Assembly: GCF_902459465.1 (NCBI RefSeq)
Contig: NC_047076.1
Coordinates: forward strand, 10,292,001 to 10,356,000
DNA: 64,000 nucleotides
Origin: Asterias rubens
Lineage: Eukaryota
Direction: 5' to 3'
A program made the translations under genes and the position numbers. This document shows, piece by piece, positions 11,813 to 30,258 of the stretch. The number at the start of each line of letters is the position of its first letter. Positions within the stretch are counted from its first letter, which is position 1. The notes below the pieces were generated by a model. That model worked only from the letters and a program-made list of their open reading frames with translations, ran no database searches and was not told where the DNA came from.

Positions 11813-12170
11813 ATCAGTCGATGACCTCACGGCGCATAACCACCGATCGGTGCGCATGACAACCCAACGACGTGGGACAAACCATTGTGTGGAAGGGATG
11901 TTACAAGGCTACTACAACACAACGCATTGGACAAGTGTCAAATATAATGCACTGTTATGTGTGTACGTATGCGTGCGCTCTTCTCGAACGGCACAGCCAC
12001 ATGTGGTGAAACTACGAATTATATTTTGACACCTGTCCAACGCGTTGTGTTGTAGAAGCCTTGTAACTAGTCCTACTTGTAACACCCCTTCCACAGAATG
12101 GTTTGTCCCACCTCGTCGGGTTGTCATGCGCACCGATCGTTGGTCATGCGCCGTGAGGTCATCGATTGAC
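11813..12170. mobile_element. Foldback MITE with ~130-bp imperfect inverted arms
   Basis: TCGATGACCTCACGGCGCAT...GTGTCAAATATAAT mirrored by ATTATATTTTGACAC...ATGCGCCGTGAGGTCATCGA. Confidence 0.7.
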
Positions 12171-12339
12171 ACAGAACGTGTGCCGCGACAACGAAGCAAC
12201 GGAAAGCAATAGTAAGTACCGAGTAGAAAATTGCAACATAACTCAACAAAAGGGAAATACAAGCATTATGAATGTATATTGAGTAGGATGGGGAAAGCTT
12301 TAGGTGTACAGTACACAGGAAACTTCAGTTCTGGCTGGC

Positions 12340-13206
12340 TAACGGTCGTAAAACTTTCACCCATCAACGCTGATTTGAAAAATGTATATAGCGATACCCA
12401 ATCCGCGCTTCATATACAAATATACGGACACGCGTCTGGGAACTATTTTTCGTAGTTCCCAGACGCGTGTCCATAAGGTTTATCGCGAATAGCAAAATAT
12501 CAAGAGAGGGCGCTGTTGAACCCACACAAAGGTATAGGCGTTGCATGCGAGAGTCGTAGAAACTGCATAGAAACTGCCCCATATTCCTTCCCACAATGCA
12601 TTGCGTTTCTGAATCGCGATAAACCTTATATCTAGCACGGATTGGCACGGATTGGGGAACCATTCTTTGTAGTTCCCAGACACTTGCTTTATATTTGTAC
12701 ACGAAGCGCGGATTGGGTATCTTTTCTTCCCAGGACGAACGTGTGCAGATGGTTCTACAAGTTTGTCCTGGGAAAAAAATCTGCGCACGGTCGGGGGGCA
12801 ATCGGCATATCGGCATTAGCGGTAAAAGAGCGTTAGTTGAGAAAATTCACACGCAAAATTCACTTGATTTTTACTCGAAATCTGTGATACCTATTTGAAC
12901 AATTCGGATAACTTTCCGTATGGCGCCACCACTTTTTCACTCATTTTTACAAAAAGGGATATATCAATCAGGTAAATTAGATACTATATTATTTTATTTC
13001 GAATGAAAAAGTGGTGGCGCCATACGGAAACTTTTCCGAACAATTCCAAGTGTAGTGCTATCTGCAACTTCTGAAGCATTAGATGGGTAAGTGTCATGAT
13101 GCAGAACGTTGCAGAGGGTTTTCCAAGGAAGCGAAAGGTTTTGATATCATCAGTGGTGCTGTGGCCAAGGATACGGAGTGGATTTATTGGACCGATTTAT
13201 GGGGCT
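12340..13206. mobile_element. Family I element (partial, rearranged), related to 61967-62575, carrying a nested 132-bp MITE
   Basis: Shares the TTCCCAGGACGAACGTGTGCAGATGG core and the TTGGACCGATTTATGGGGCTA end with the 62-kb copy. Confidence 0.75.
12906..13037. mobile_element. 132-bp MULE-like MITE, family H (identical-length copies 16743-16874, 32912-33043, 61500-61631)
   Basis: TIR GGATAACTTTCCGTATGGCGCCACCACTTTTTCA / TGAAAAAGTGGTGGCGCCATACGGAAACTTTTCC; TSDs GAACAATTC (9), TTGACCAA, GGTCTGCA, ATTGGTTT (8). Confidence 0.9.
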
Positions 13207-13330
13207 AGACTCCAGCTAGCTCTAAGTGTAAGTGTGTAAATACTACCGAAGTGTACAATAACGAACAAATGAATAACAAAACAAAATCAATAGACTATTA
13301 ATGATGACCACTTTTAAGGAGTATACTTAC

Positions 13331-13446
13331 CTTTTGCCGACAAATCAAACATTCCGCACGCATCGATTGTGTAATATTGTCGTCGGTCCGTCGGGTCGGT
13401 CGGTGTTTTTGACGACTTACAAGAATGTCACCGGAAGATGGCGCCC
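13331..13446 (-). promoter_or_regulatory. Probable non-coding first exon/TSS region of BBS5 with overlapping YY1-like (GCCATCTT) and ETS-like (CTTCCGG) motifs
   Basis: Minus strand reads GGGCGCCATCTTCCGG...GGCAAAAG|GTAAGT (donor 13330); a strong polypyrimidine/CAG acceptor precedes 9604, upstream of the BBS5 ATG. Confidence 0.55.
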
Positions 13447-15436
13447 TACAGTTATGGCGGACTTATTTAAAAGCCCTTTTCGAAACCACGGCTTCGGCTT
13501 TTATTCGGTGCAGGCTCCTTCCTCTCGTCCGACCATGGTCCCCGACCACAGACATAAAGACCAGTGTTCTCACTTGGTGTATCCTATCATTTTAATAACA
13601 AACAAGCCTGTGAAAACTTTGGCTCAATATTGGTCATCGAAGTTGTGAGAAAAATTTTGAAAGAAAAAACACCCTTGTTGGACGAAATTGTGTGCTTTTA
13701 GAAGTCTTTTACTATTTTAGTGAGAAATTACCTCTCAAAAACTATGTTACTACAGAGGGAGTCGTTTCCCACACAATGTTTAAACTATCAACAGCTCTCC
13801 AATGCTCGTTACCAAGTCAGATTTTAACTTAATATTGTTTTGAGTAATTACCAACGTGTACCTTCCCTTTAAGTGATATATGGGAGGCTTCTGCCACAAA
13901 CACTACACAACCGAAAATAGCGATTTGATTCGCCATCTTTTACCAGTCCCACTGCACTGTGGGGACGACAGTGAGAGTGTGTGTGGGCATGGTGTGAGAT
14001 GGTGTGAGTGAGTCAGTGAAACGATCTCCCGCTCTCTAGCCTCGGCGTTGTGCACATCGAACGATAGCGGGCGCTGTTGAAAAACTTCAAGATTACCCAC
14101 CACAAATCGAAAATTTTAAGAAAAACATCAAAAACTGTAAACAAGTTAGGGGAGGCCACTCGTGCGTGATGTGTCCCGTTCCAGTGGCTTTTGATTCCAC
14201 GACGAAGGCCTTGAAAAAAGGCTTTATTCCCCAACTGGAATAATGATGATTTATGGCTTAAAGGTACTTGACTTGAGAAAAAGGGCCTGTTCAATCATAC
14301 AGCTAAAATGCTTTGGACCTTTTAAGGAGTCCTTTCTTTACTTTCATACAAAACATGCTACCTGCCCGTGACGGATGACCTTATTTATACAGACGAGTGA
14401 TTTTAACCCAAACAAAATTGCACCACTAATTGATTTGTAGTATATTGACCATTATCAAGTAATACTTTTGGTAATCGCATTTTTTTCAAAAAAGAAAATG
14501 TTCCTAATGAACCTGATGGAAAAAATAATGTTAGTTTCTTAAAGGACCGATGATGAAGGCCTACCAGTCCGATCGTAGTTCATCTATAACTTATAAGGGT
14601 ATAAACAGGAATCCCGTTATCTCCAATGCCAATGTACATCATGTTACCCTTGTGGCCTTGTCCATGACTTTCTTGTCAATAGCAGTTACCACATCCCAAA
14701 AGTTACTGTCCCACGGGACAGAGCCCAGCTACGAGTATACGTTAGGCACCCCGCTAGATGATGAAAATCCTTTATAATTGGATTGGGAATTGTATTTAAG
14801 TTAGTTTTTAAACGGATTTTTGGATTGGGAGATTTAGAAATGTACACGATATTATAGTTTAATAAAAAATGTGAGATTTAGTATGAAATTACGTAAAGGC
14901 CTACCATTATTTGTCTGAAGTCATTTGATTGTCAGCTATACGGCGTCTTAGGACATGGGACTGACCCAAACCAGTGCCCTCTTGTACGGAATATTAATGT
15001 TCTGCTGATTTGTGGGACTCTGAATATTACTTATATAAGTTTTGATGCTCTACGTTTTCTTCTGGTAGGATCTTTTGCCAAACAAAAGGGAAAGGCGTGT
15101 AATAGGCCTACCAAGAATTGTAATGTACAACATTATCTATTGTACAACTTAATCCGATCATGGAGGAAGGTTCCCCCATGATCCGATGATGACCGATGGA
15201 TCTAGACTACCTAAAAAAATAAAACAAATCAAAACTTGACTAATAAATGCACACAGTCAGCGAGAGCACATGAAGGGCCTAACGTAGTGGTAATGAGGAA
15301 TGTCTATTGGTTTTGCTTCGGAGGGGTATAATATTACTATTCTATTGTTCTTTCTCCATCATTGTGCACGTCCTACGCTATTAATTATAACCCCGTGTGT
15401 CAAAACTGATTACCATAATTAAGAACTAGGTCTGAT

Positions 15437-15694
15437 CAAAGATCATAGAGCGCCGCAAGGCACAAGATGCGGAACTCAAGCTGTATCTATTGTTGGAACG
15501 TGAAATACGCATGGGCGCCATTTCAGCAAGTGCATGTTTTGTTTCCCATTGATAGGAATGGTCATTGTCTGCTGTGATCTACACTGATCTACTTTTGTAT
15601 CAAAAAAAGTTACTTGCCGAAAAGGCGTCCAGTGGGATTTCACTTTTCAGCCCGAGTTCCGCATCTTGCGCCTTGCGGCGCTCTATAATCTTTG
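15437..15694. mobile_element. ~250-bp MITE upstream of the RETREG gene
   Basis: Inverted repeats CAAAGATYATAGAGCGCCGCAAGGCRCAAGATGCGGAACTC at both ends. Confidence 0.65.
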
Positions 15695-16101
15695 GTCTGA
15701 CATAATTATAGCCGGCCGGCCGGCCCAGACGAGCGAATGGCGGCAGCTACCGTGCGTCGGTTGGTTGGGCGACAGAGGGCGATATTACAGAGTGAATAAT
15801 TTTAACGTGACGTCGTTGAAAGAAGTTGGTTGTTCTATTTTAATATTAGGGGGAATCTAACGCAAGTATTTTTTTCATATAATGGCACAAATCCAATAAG
15901 TAAAAATCATTCATGTATAAAGCCTATTTTTAAGATTGAAAAAAATTACATATTTAATATTTAAATTTCGAATAAAACATGACCAATGAAACGATACTGT
16001 TCTATTGTGAAAGTTAGGCTACTTACCTGTTTTTCTCGTATAACCACAATTCCCTAAAAAAAATAGTACATGACGCAAAATCATAACATTACGTATTTAC
16101 A

Positions 16102-19100
16102 ATGGACGAAGAATTGGAGGAGAAAGCCAAAACTACCGTCAAAAAATACATTTCGGATAGTGAAATGAAGGCATTTGAGCGAGAAACGGAGGTCAGATTA
16201 CGAGAGAAGAAGTTGAGGGAGTTTCTTAGTCCCTTTGAGAGCTTTATTATGTCAGTGCAGAGCCTTCTTGTGTGGGAGAAACCCGTCCGAAGCGCAGTGA
16301 TGGTTCTCTGTGTCAATGGTTTGTTATGGTGAGCTTAGTTTTTAGTTAGTAGTTGGACGTTTATTTTGTTAGTGGAATTTATACTGCACTAGCCCACTAG
16401 GCTTGTTGAAGAAAGGGATAACCCCAGTACACTCCAATTTTTGTTTTAATGAATAATATGCTGTCATTATGTCAGTTCAAACAAACAATCAAGAGGTAGA
16501 AAACAAACAATATTAACAAGTGAGCAAATCGGTGTTTAAGTCATCATTGTCATAAGTAACAACTGGGGGATTTGTTTAAAATTGCAAATTTCTACCTGCC
16601 ACTGCCATGTGCAACTGCTTTACTTCCACTCAATACTCTATTCCTAAACTAGTCTTAGTTGTGTGGAATTTGCTCATTTGGGATTTTCCTCTAGTTTAAT
16701 AAACCGATCCATTAAAGCTCTGCCCCATTGCATATTGACCAAGGATAACTTTCTGTGTGGCGCCACCACTTTTTCACCCTTTTTTACAAAAAGAGATATC
16801 TCATTGAGGTAAATTAGATACTATATTATTTCATATCGAATGAAAAAGTGGTGGCGCCATATGGAAACTTTTCCTTGACCAATTACAACGCAACGAAGGT
16901 CCGACACTAAGGTCCAACATGCGTGCGTGTATTTTGGGGCGCACGGCAGAGTTGTGCAGAAAGGCAGTGGAGAGCCCCACGTGTTCTTGCTCACACGTGC
17001 CTCGTGGGCGGAGCCTACTGGATCGGTCTATTGCTTCATGCTCCAACATGTATGTATTGTAAATGTAATATAACCCAACATTTTAAACTGACATTTCCTT
17101 GTCATCTTCTCTTTACACAGACTGTGACCCAAGGCCTACTCCTTCCTAGAACTGAGATAGTTCTAGTAGGAGTACCCAAGGCCTATGGTTACCCTTGGCG
17201 TACTATTACATTAGTATAAGGGGAGATCCTAAAGCAGAATATTTTGAAAATTTTAAATTCACTTGTATTTCCACCAAAGGAAGGCTGAGAAGAATGAATT
17301 AAACTATCCTTCAAAATCACCAGGCATACTTTTGGTTTATTTCAATTGTTGCTTAGAAGTAAAAACTATGATGCATCCCTTTCCCCCGCATAGAACTTTT
17401 AACATGGGAGAGAGAGTGTGACAAAAGTTTCACACGCAAGGCTCCGGCAGTCTGAGGTGGGGTTCGAACCGGGGTCCACAGAGGTCAAAGACTGGGAAAC
17501 AACTGTACCAACCTGACCCCAATGCAGTGTAAGGATTATGCTATTTTTCCTTATATCATAAATAGGATGGCTGTTGCAACGAATTACAGGATCATCTTTG
17601 TGGCAGCTGTCTCAGGTATCGTCTTTGTTTCCATGGAGACCATTTGTACTCGAGTTTGGCCAGAAATAAGAGGTAAATTAGGAAGTGTAGCTTATTTGAG
17701 TATTGCTAGTTTTTGCTGATACATCTCATTAGTAAGCAGTGTTGCAGGCCTGTTCATCATTGTAAAATCTTTTAAAGTCAGAACAGACGAAACTTAAATT
17801 GAACAATAGATTGTCAAGATTCACTTTTTGAAATTGTTGGTGGTTGGCCTTCATGTATTCTTTATGCATGCACTGGCTGCCCACTCTGAATTCACCATGT
17901 AGCGTTGAACGACAAACTACATAGATACGTGTACTGGCACGGTACTAGGTATTTGATATACAGTACTTGATACCGAGGTTGAAAACCTTGAAAACCATGC
18001 TTCGACCCCACTGTATCAAGGATTGTTATGGACCGGCCAGTACATAGACTATGTATCTATGCAGTTAGTCGTCCAAAGCTACATGGTGAATTCAGAGCGG
18101 GCCCGTGCTTGCGTAAAGAGCCTTGTGGACAAGGCTATTCATGTATGTCATTTAAATGCAATGAGTTAATCTGTTTGACTTCCTCATTATTTATTTCTAG
18201 TCCAAAAGCCAGACGAAGACGAAGAGGGGTAAGTCTGTAACAGTAATAAATCAATTTTTTGTCCATCCAACAATCTCAAGATTCAGTCGCAATAAATTTT
18301 AAAGCCATTATACACTTTCGGTATAGAAAAGAAGAAAAAAAGTTCACAGATTTACAAATAACTTACAGGGTTTACAGAAGGTAATGGTGAAAGAAAGACT
18401 TTAAATATTATTCCATGAAAAGCTTGACTGTTTGAGAAATGATTAAAACAATGTCAATTCTCGATAGCGAGTATTACATATTTTTTAAAAGACTGTCATG
18501 ACACGGAGAAACGTGTGGAAACAAGAGTGGGTTTTCCCGTTATTTTCTCCTGACTCCGATGACCGATTGGGCCTAAATTTTCATGGGTTTGTTATTTTAT
18601 ATATAAGTTGTGATACACGAAGTGTGGGACTTGGACAATACTGTTTACCGAAAGTGTATAATGGCTTTAAAGGGAAAAGGAAAGTTGGGTTGTCTAATGA
18701 AAATAGAGACTGATAAAGGTACAATTTTTATGTTAAAACGTGCAACAGCTAGTTTAGGTTTCCCTTTATACCCAAAAAGTAGCCTTTGTGCACATGCGCC
18801 ATCAATAGTCATGAGTTAGAATACTAGCCTTTGACAGTTACCAAATTTGTCCAGTGCCTTCTATGGACTCTCAGTTTTTTATCTCTCATCAGTTGGACAC
18901 CTGTTCATCCCCATCTTCAAAGTCTTCCAGAGTTGTGTGAGCATATAGCCAAGCTGTGGGTTACCCTAGACAGGCTGAATATCAAACTATGGGGATTCCG
19001 CCAGGATTATCCCTCTAAGGTATTTAGTTATAATCCTTTGCAACTTTCAAACACATGGAGTCATTTTGTACAGAATTGGTTTTCTAAAAGGAAACATTGA

Positions 19101-22100
19101 TTTATATATTTTTTTTAAGTAATCATTTCAATACACATCATTTGAAGAAAAATATTAAGTTCAGCAAACATTATTTTGATGGAAGTTTGTTCTTCAATTT
19201 TTTAATTTTTTTTTATGAGTTTAAATTTGTTCATATAAATGTTGATAATCAAGAAAGAGAAAATTGGCCTAGGGAAATTTGCATGGAAATTGTTCATCTA
19301 GAGGATACTCATCAATATGATGTTATTTATATTATAGAGTCATGTAAATAATACAGTCATGATGTCTTTCTAGAGTCCACTAATCTTTGGATACTACAAC
19401 TCACACACAAGTTTGTATACACCTGCAACAGTGGAACTCCTCCCATTGTCCATCTTTTGTGAATACTAACTTTTTTGCAACAGAGCTCCCATTGGTTTTG
19501 TACACGTTTTCCAACTGTGGACTTAAATGTGTATTTGTCTTGCGAATTTACTTTTACTTTATGTAAACCAAATTTTTCCCCTACAGTTTTGCTTGTACGT
19601 GTGTGGTTTATGTTTAACACTAGCAGCCATCGGCCATCAGATCTCAGGAACTCTTATATCATTCATCATCGGTAAGTCTCTATCCTTACAGCTAGCTCAC
19701 CAATACAAACAGGATGTTGTAGCTCTATTGGTACATTACTACAGTGGTTCCACGTTTACACTTAAAGTGTGGACTGAAAAAACAAATAGAACTAAATTAA
19801 TCCAAAACAAAACTGATAGTTTGAATCTCAAATAAATTTTAGTACACATTTTCACAGGCTTGTTATTTAATGCATTTGTTGGGATACACCGAGTGAGAAT
19901 ACTGGTCTTTGACAATTACCAAACATGTAATTCTGGGGTCGATTTCACAAAGAGTTTGGACTAGTCTTACCTTAGGACTAGTCCTAGGAGATACCCAAAA
20001 TGTAAGGCTAGTCCTAAGTTAAGACAAACTCGTCCTAAGTCGAGAAAAGACTAGTTTTAACTCTTTGTGAAATCCACCCAGTGCCTCATCACCATTAGAT
20101 CAAAACTCAGCTAGAGGTATTTCATTATGTAAAACTACCATTATTTTGAGGATGTGATTATCCAATTCTTTATTAACCTGACAGTTGTGTACTGAGCTGA
20201 CATTGTTTTTGTAACCACTTTTCATTTCCTTTATGTTTGTTATAGTTACTGGTCTTTTGCTGTGGCCAGCTTTAGAATATCACAACATCAGTGGTCGTCT
20301 TTACCAGCGTATAGAACCTATACTACAGCAGTTGGATCACAGCATTGACAGCCCACGTAGAGAGAAAAAGCTCGGATGTAAGCACATTTTCCAAGTACAC
20401 ATGGACATGAATTCATTCTCTCAAGAGTGTTGCACACTTTCTCTGCTCACTTAACCTAAGAGTTAGTTCATATGATACAAGTTAATTTTGTCAGCGGTGA
20501 ATGTTTTGAAAGAGTTGAGCACATGTAAACTGATGCGAATTATTTGATGCAAATAATTTATGTGACGTCAAAATTCATTCGCATGAACGGGGCTTTACTG
20601 GTAGGTTGACATTAATTTCCTGATTGTTTTGTTCCTTCCAGCCCAACAGAGATCAGCAAGAGCTAGGGCTAATTCCAGCGATAACATCGATAGCAGTAGT
20701 GATAGTGACTTGGATGAATTCTGTCCCTCACCAGGCCCATCAGTAGATGCTGCATTAGCCCATGCTGCTACTGCAGGCAGATACACACCTAGATCATCTG
20801 GGATATTCAGTGGTCTCTCTAACATGTCGAAAGGCATGTCACTGGATTTAAACACGGATGATGGTAAGGCTTTAAGGCTAAAATAAATATTGTTTTGGGG
20901 TGAACAAAGCAAATTTGACTGGATCAGGACTTGAACAAACCTCCAGATTAAAGTACCAGCGCTCTACCAACTGAGCTATCCAGGCCTATGTTGGTTATAC
21001 CAATAAGCATCCATGAAGCACATGGGGTGACCTCTCATTCATAAAATGGTTGTGGATGGGTTGTGGTTTGTGTAATATGATCCCATTGTGGTCTGCAGTT
21101 CGGCGGCGCACAAGGCTCCCACTCCCACACAGGGGAGGTAATTGATACATTGTGTTACTTCTGAAGTGTCTGTGGGAGACCGCCTGGGCCTAAAGTGTTT
21201 GATGGTATTTTTTTCAATTGGGGAATCTTGGGGTTGGTTCTTGGACTTTATAAATTTTTTTTAAACAGCCCGTTGTGGTTGCAAGACTTCTCAATTAGGG
21301 AAGACATCGTGATACTTCATCAAAACCACGATATGCCGATAATTCGATTAATAAAAATCAAGACGATATGGTAATCGTTTAAGAAATGGTATCACGATTT
21401 TCGATTATATCGAGATATCGCCCAAGCTTACTGTCAAGTAGCCAGGGAGCATGTCAAAATTTATGATACAACCTGGGAAGCAGCAGCCAGGGATCGTATT
21501 AAGGGGATGCGACTTTATTTTTAAAGTACCAATCTGAGCTTGAACTTTTAGATTGTCTACCGTTATATATTTTAGATACAACAAAATACTGGAATGTAAG
21601 AGGCTCGAACACTGAAATCTATGTATTGGATTCCAGTTTGACTTTGACTAAACATGAAAAATTTACTCTGAAACTTACAGAATTTACGGACACTGAGCCT
21701 GCAAGCTACATGGGTGGTCTTTCACAAGTGCCGTCCTTTGACAACACAGCCTTTGATCAGAGTGCTGATGAACTTGAAATAGATCTACCTTATGATAATG
21801 AACCACCAGCTCCTTCAAAATCAAGTGTAGAAGAGGAGAACCTAACACCAGAGTCCTCCGAGTCCATCAAGTTTGATCCCACGCATTTCCGAGAGTCCAG
21901 TGAAATTGACAACGAGGAGCTCCTGGTGGGTGATTTAGAGTTCCCTGATGTTGAAGGCAGCTCTAGTGGACAGAGCTTAGAGGCAGACAAGCCATCCCCT
22001 GTGTCTCTTCCACCTGCAGCTGCCATGCTACTTTCTCATACAGTAAAGTCTCTAATGACAGATGCCCTGACCAAGCTTCAAGAGTTTGGGTCTCAGGATG

Positions 22101-22366
22101 ACGTCTCGTCAGCTTCAGAACCATCTCAAGAGTCACAACAGCAGCAAAGACAAGCATCTCATTACGCCTCAGGTACCAAGTCAGCTAAACGACCAAAACT
22201 TGTCACTATGGATTCTGATAGTGCCGAGTTTGAAATATTGGACAGGGAAGAATTGGAAGAAGGGAAGGTGTCCGGGGAGGAGAAAAAAGATGAAGGAAAG
22301 ACTAGAAGTAAAAGTGGTTATGGTATTGGCTTTCTTACATCTTGGCTCAGTGGTAAAAAGGAATAA
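16102..22366 (+). CDS. RETREG3: Reticulophagy regulator (FAM134/RETREG family; likely the single pre-duplication orthologue of RETREG1/2/3)
   Basis: Exons 16102-16328, 17566-17672, 18201-18228, 18893-19019, 19587-19671, 20246-20377, 20642-20863, 21681-22366 join in frame; reticulon-homology motifs (SVQSLLVWEKPVRSA, KFCLYVCGLCL), acidic C-tail with LIR DSDSAEFEIL. Confidence 0.9.
18303..18666. mobile_element. TTAA-flanked Kolobok-like MITE, family E (copies 25450-25772, 62858-63223)
   Basis: TTAA|AGCCATT.(T/G)AC.CTTTCG ... CGAAAG.GT..AATGGCT|TTAA. Confidence 0.8.
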
Positions 22367-24586
22367 AGATCCTGTTTTTATTTTGTATTTATCTGAATAT
22401 CACTTGGCATTTTGAAGTCAGCTTTGATAATTTAGATAACTTGAGGAATAATGATTTCACTTGTACTGGTTTTTAAGATTGTTAATGAATCCGCATGTGA
22501 AATCTCTTTCATGCAGAAAGAATCCCTCAACCCCCCTCCCCCCCAAAAAAAGAAAAACAAAATGCTAATAATTATAATAGAAAAAATTATATGTACAGTA
22601 TACATGTATAGATGAAACAATATGGTACATCAGTAGCATTGGAAACAAATATACTTTGGAATTGCTACCCCAAACTCAATTGACAGGAATGTACATACAG
22701 GTAATATGTTATCCCAGTGAGTTGAATAACTAGTATTGACTAATTATTCATCATTATATCATAAGTTGCCATTATGCGCTTCAAACCAACAAATCATGTA
22801 TTGACACTCTCATTGTACATTTTATAAAGATTAATTATCTGATGAACTTGTAATACTATAGGTTGAGGTATTTTCAAACTTGATATTACTGTAAATTTGA
22901 ATTAGAAGTAATTTTACAAGAATGGCGTTGCTTGTTTAACACATATTTTATTTTGTACAAATTGTTTTATTATTTTTATTTATTATTAGAAGAAAAAAAT
23001 CCTATGTTTTATATTATTATACTTCAATGTTTGGACTAACTGATGTATTTATGAAACTGTTTTTAAAAAGTATCAAATGAAATCACTCCAAAGTGCTGCC
23101 AAAAAAGTTGTCCGCTGGTTCAGGGAAATTTGTTGTGACAAAAATTGTTAAGCGGTTTTGGTATTTAAAACTTGTTTAACTCCTTTCTCAAAAACTACAG
23201 CACCTCAGCCAGTAATATTTTAAGCGAAGCTTTCTATCATTATGATGTTCAAACTGTGTATGTTTTTGATGTGAAAATTGTGTTTTGTGTTACAATAAGT
23301 ACCCAAACCCTTTAAACCTGATCTAAGCTCGTCATGAAATCAACCCCAGTTCTGGGGTCATTGCAAGGGTCGTTATAAGTTTTGCCAATTCAAAATCAAA
23401 GATCAAATCTTAGAAACATAGAATCCAGAATGTTGGCTGCTCTATATTCCGCCAACCCTATGTTTAAAAAAAAAACCTGAAGATTTACATGCTACGGGGC
23501 GTTGAAACATAGGTATGTCGGAGTAACCGTCCAGAATCATTGTCCGATATATTACTGTTGTAGATGAAGCTTTACACAACTTTAATCCCATTCCTAACCA
23601 CCTCACATTCAATGAGACTCTTTCCCTTATAAACAACTCCTGTAGTTTTGTACTTCTGAAGGCAAGCACATGCATGTTCAATTGTTGATTAAAGATTAGT
23701 TTAACTAACTTTGTTTTTTTCTAACCAAGATAACCTTATTTGGAAACAAGTTATTACTTTTGAGGCAATGTGAAGATTGACTCGCCTGAAACGTTGGGTA
23801 TTATCTAAATATTATATTAGAAGCCGATATAAGTGTTGAAATATTTATGTTGCGTTACATTTTGTGCATCTGTGAATCTGTTGTCTACAAATGATTGGTC
23901 CTGGAGTATCACGATTATATTAGGCCATTTTCAAGTTTGAATAATGTCTGGTACGACTTGCTTAGTCACAATGTACCGCTTACATTATTTGAATTCCTCA
24001 GATCATTATTTGAATTTCTCAGAGACAGATTGGCAGCCATGTCAAATGGTTCTGGCAAGCATTCTGCAAAACAACCTCCAGATGAGCTAACCTTGGTACC
24101 AATTACATCCATTCAGAATTGTGTATGGGTGTTCAACTGTCTCTCGTAAAACCTTGACCCTGATCATGTGACTGTCACGACAGTCTGTGGAATTCAAATT
24201 TAAGTGCTAAATTGTCCCCCTCCTCTTCCCCCACATTAGCGCTGCCTGTCAAGCAGCTTCTTATGGAGTACATGTAGTTGCCATTCTATGCCCCTACCTT
24301 TGAGTAACACAGACAAAAAAAAGAAGAAACAATTGACACCTATGTTTCGCTTCCCTCAAGATCAAACTGTTGATTTATTTCTTACAAATTTACAACCAAC
24401 TGATTTTTGCTGAACTTGACAATGAGTCTGGTTGACCTTAAGGGTTGCGCTGTGAACCACGTACAAATGGTTGGCCAGGCAGAGGTTGTTGAACAACATG
24501 ATGGTAGATCATCGGCTGTGAATCCCACATGAAAACTGCGTTGAGAATAATCCAGTTTATAAGTCCAATATTATTTATAACAAAGT

Positions 24587-29889
<5,303 letters not shown>

Positions 29890-29892
<3 letters not shown>

Positions 29893-29930
29893 TTTTAATA
29901 ACGAACCAAGATGGCAGAGAACGAAAGGAT
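29890..29930 (-). promoter_or_regulatory. RPL37A first exon with 5'-TOP-like pyrimidine tract and YY1-like site
   Basis: Minus strand CCTTTCGTTCTCTGCCATCTTGGTTCGTTATTAAAAATG|GTTAGT. Confidence 0.75.
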
Positions 29931-30258
29931 GATGGGTAATAATGTCATAGGTTAAGTGTAAGAAAAAAGATCCCTAACACATAATGGAGGATTCTGTGCT
30001 GTTGAAAAGTTCATCATTTTCTACTCTATGTAACTATGTATAACTATGTAAGGATCCATATACTAGATTTTTTGTGTGGATTATTTAACATTCACTGAAA
30101 ATGTTTCAAATCAAGATTATTTTGTACTAATTTTGGCTTTTAAATTTATAATTGGGTCTATACATTTAAAGAAGGGGTGTTAAAACGTGATTCTTCGTGA
30201 TGCGTGTGTGTGTACCTGCTGTGTGTGCACTGTGCGGATCCTGCCAACTTGAGTGTTA

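Noticed and set aside
10932-13648. ORFs repeated at 29066, 59418, 62128-62576, 18498 and 63055
   Set aside because: They derive from non-coding repeat families A, I and E; no transposase motifs
20925-20990. tRNA-like sequence (also ~25900, ~26080, ~46310, ~17460)
   Set aside because: Degenerate, no complete cloverleaf; best explained as SINE heads
21626-21680. N-terminus of the 246-aa ORF
   Set aside because: Intronic read-through; the RETREG last exon begins after the CAG at 21680
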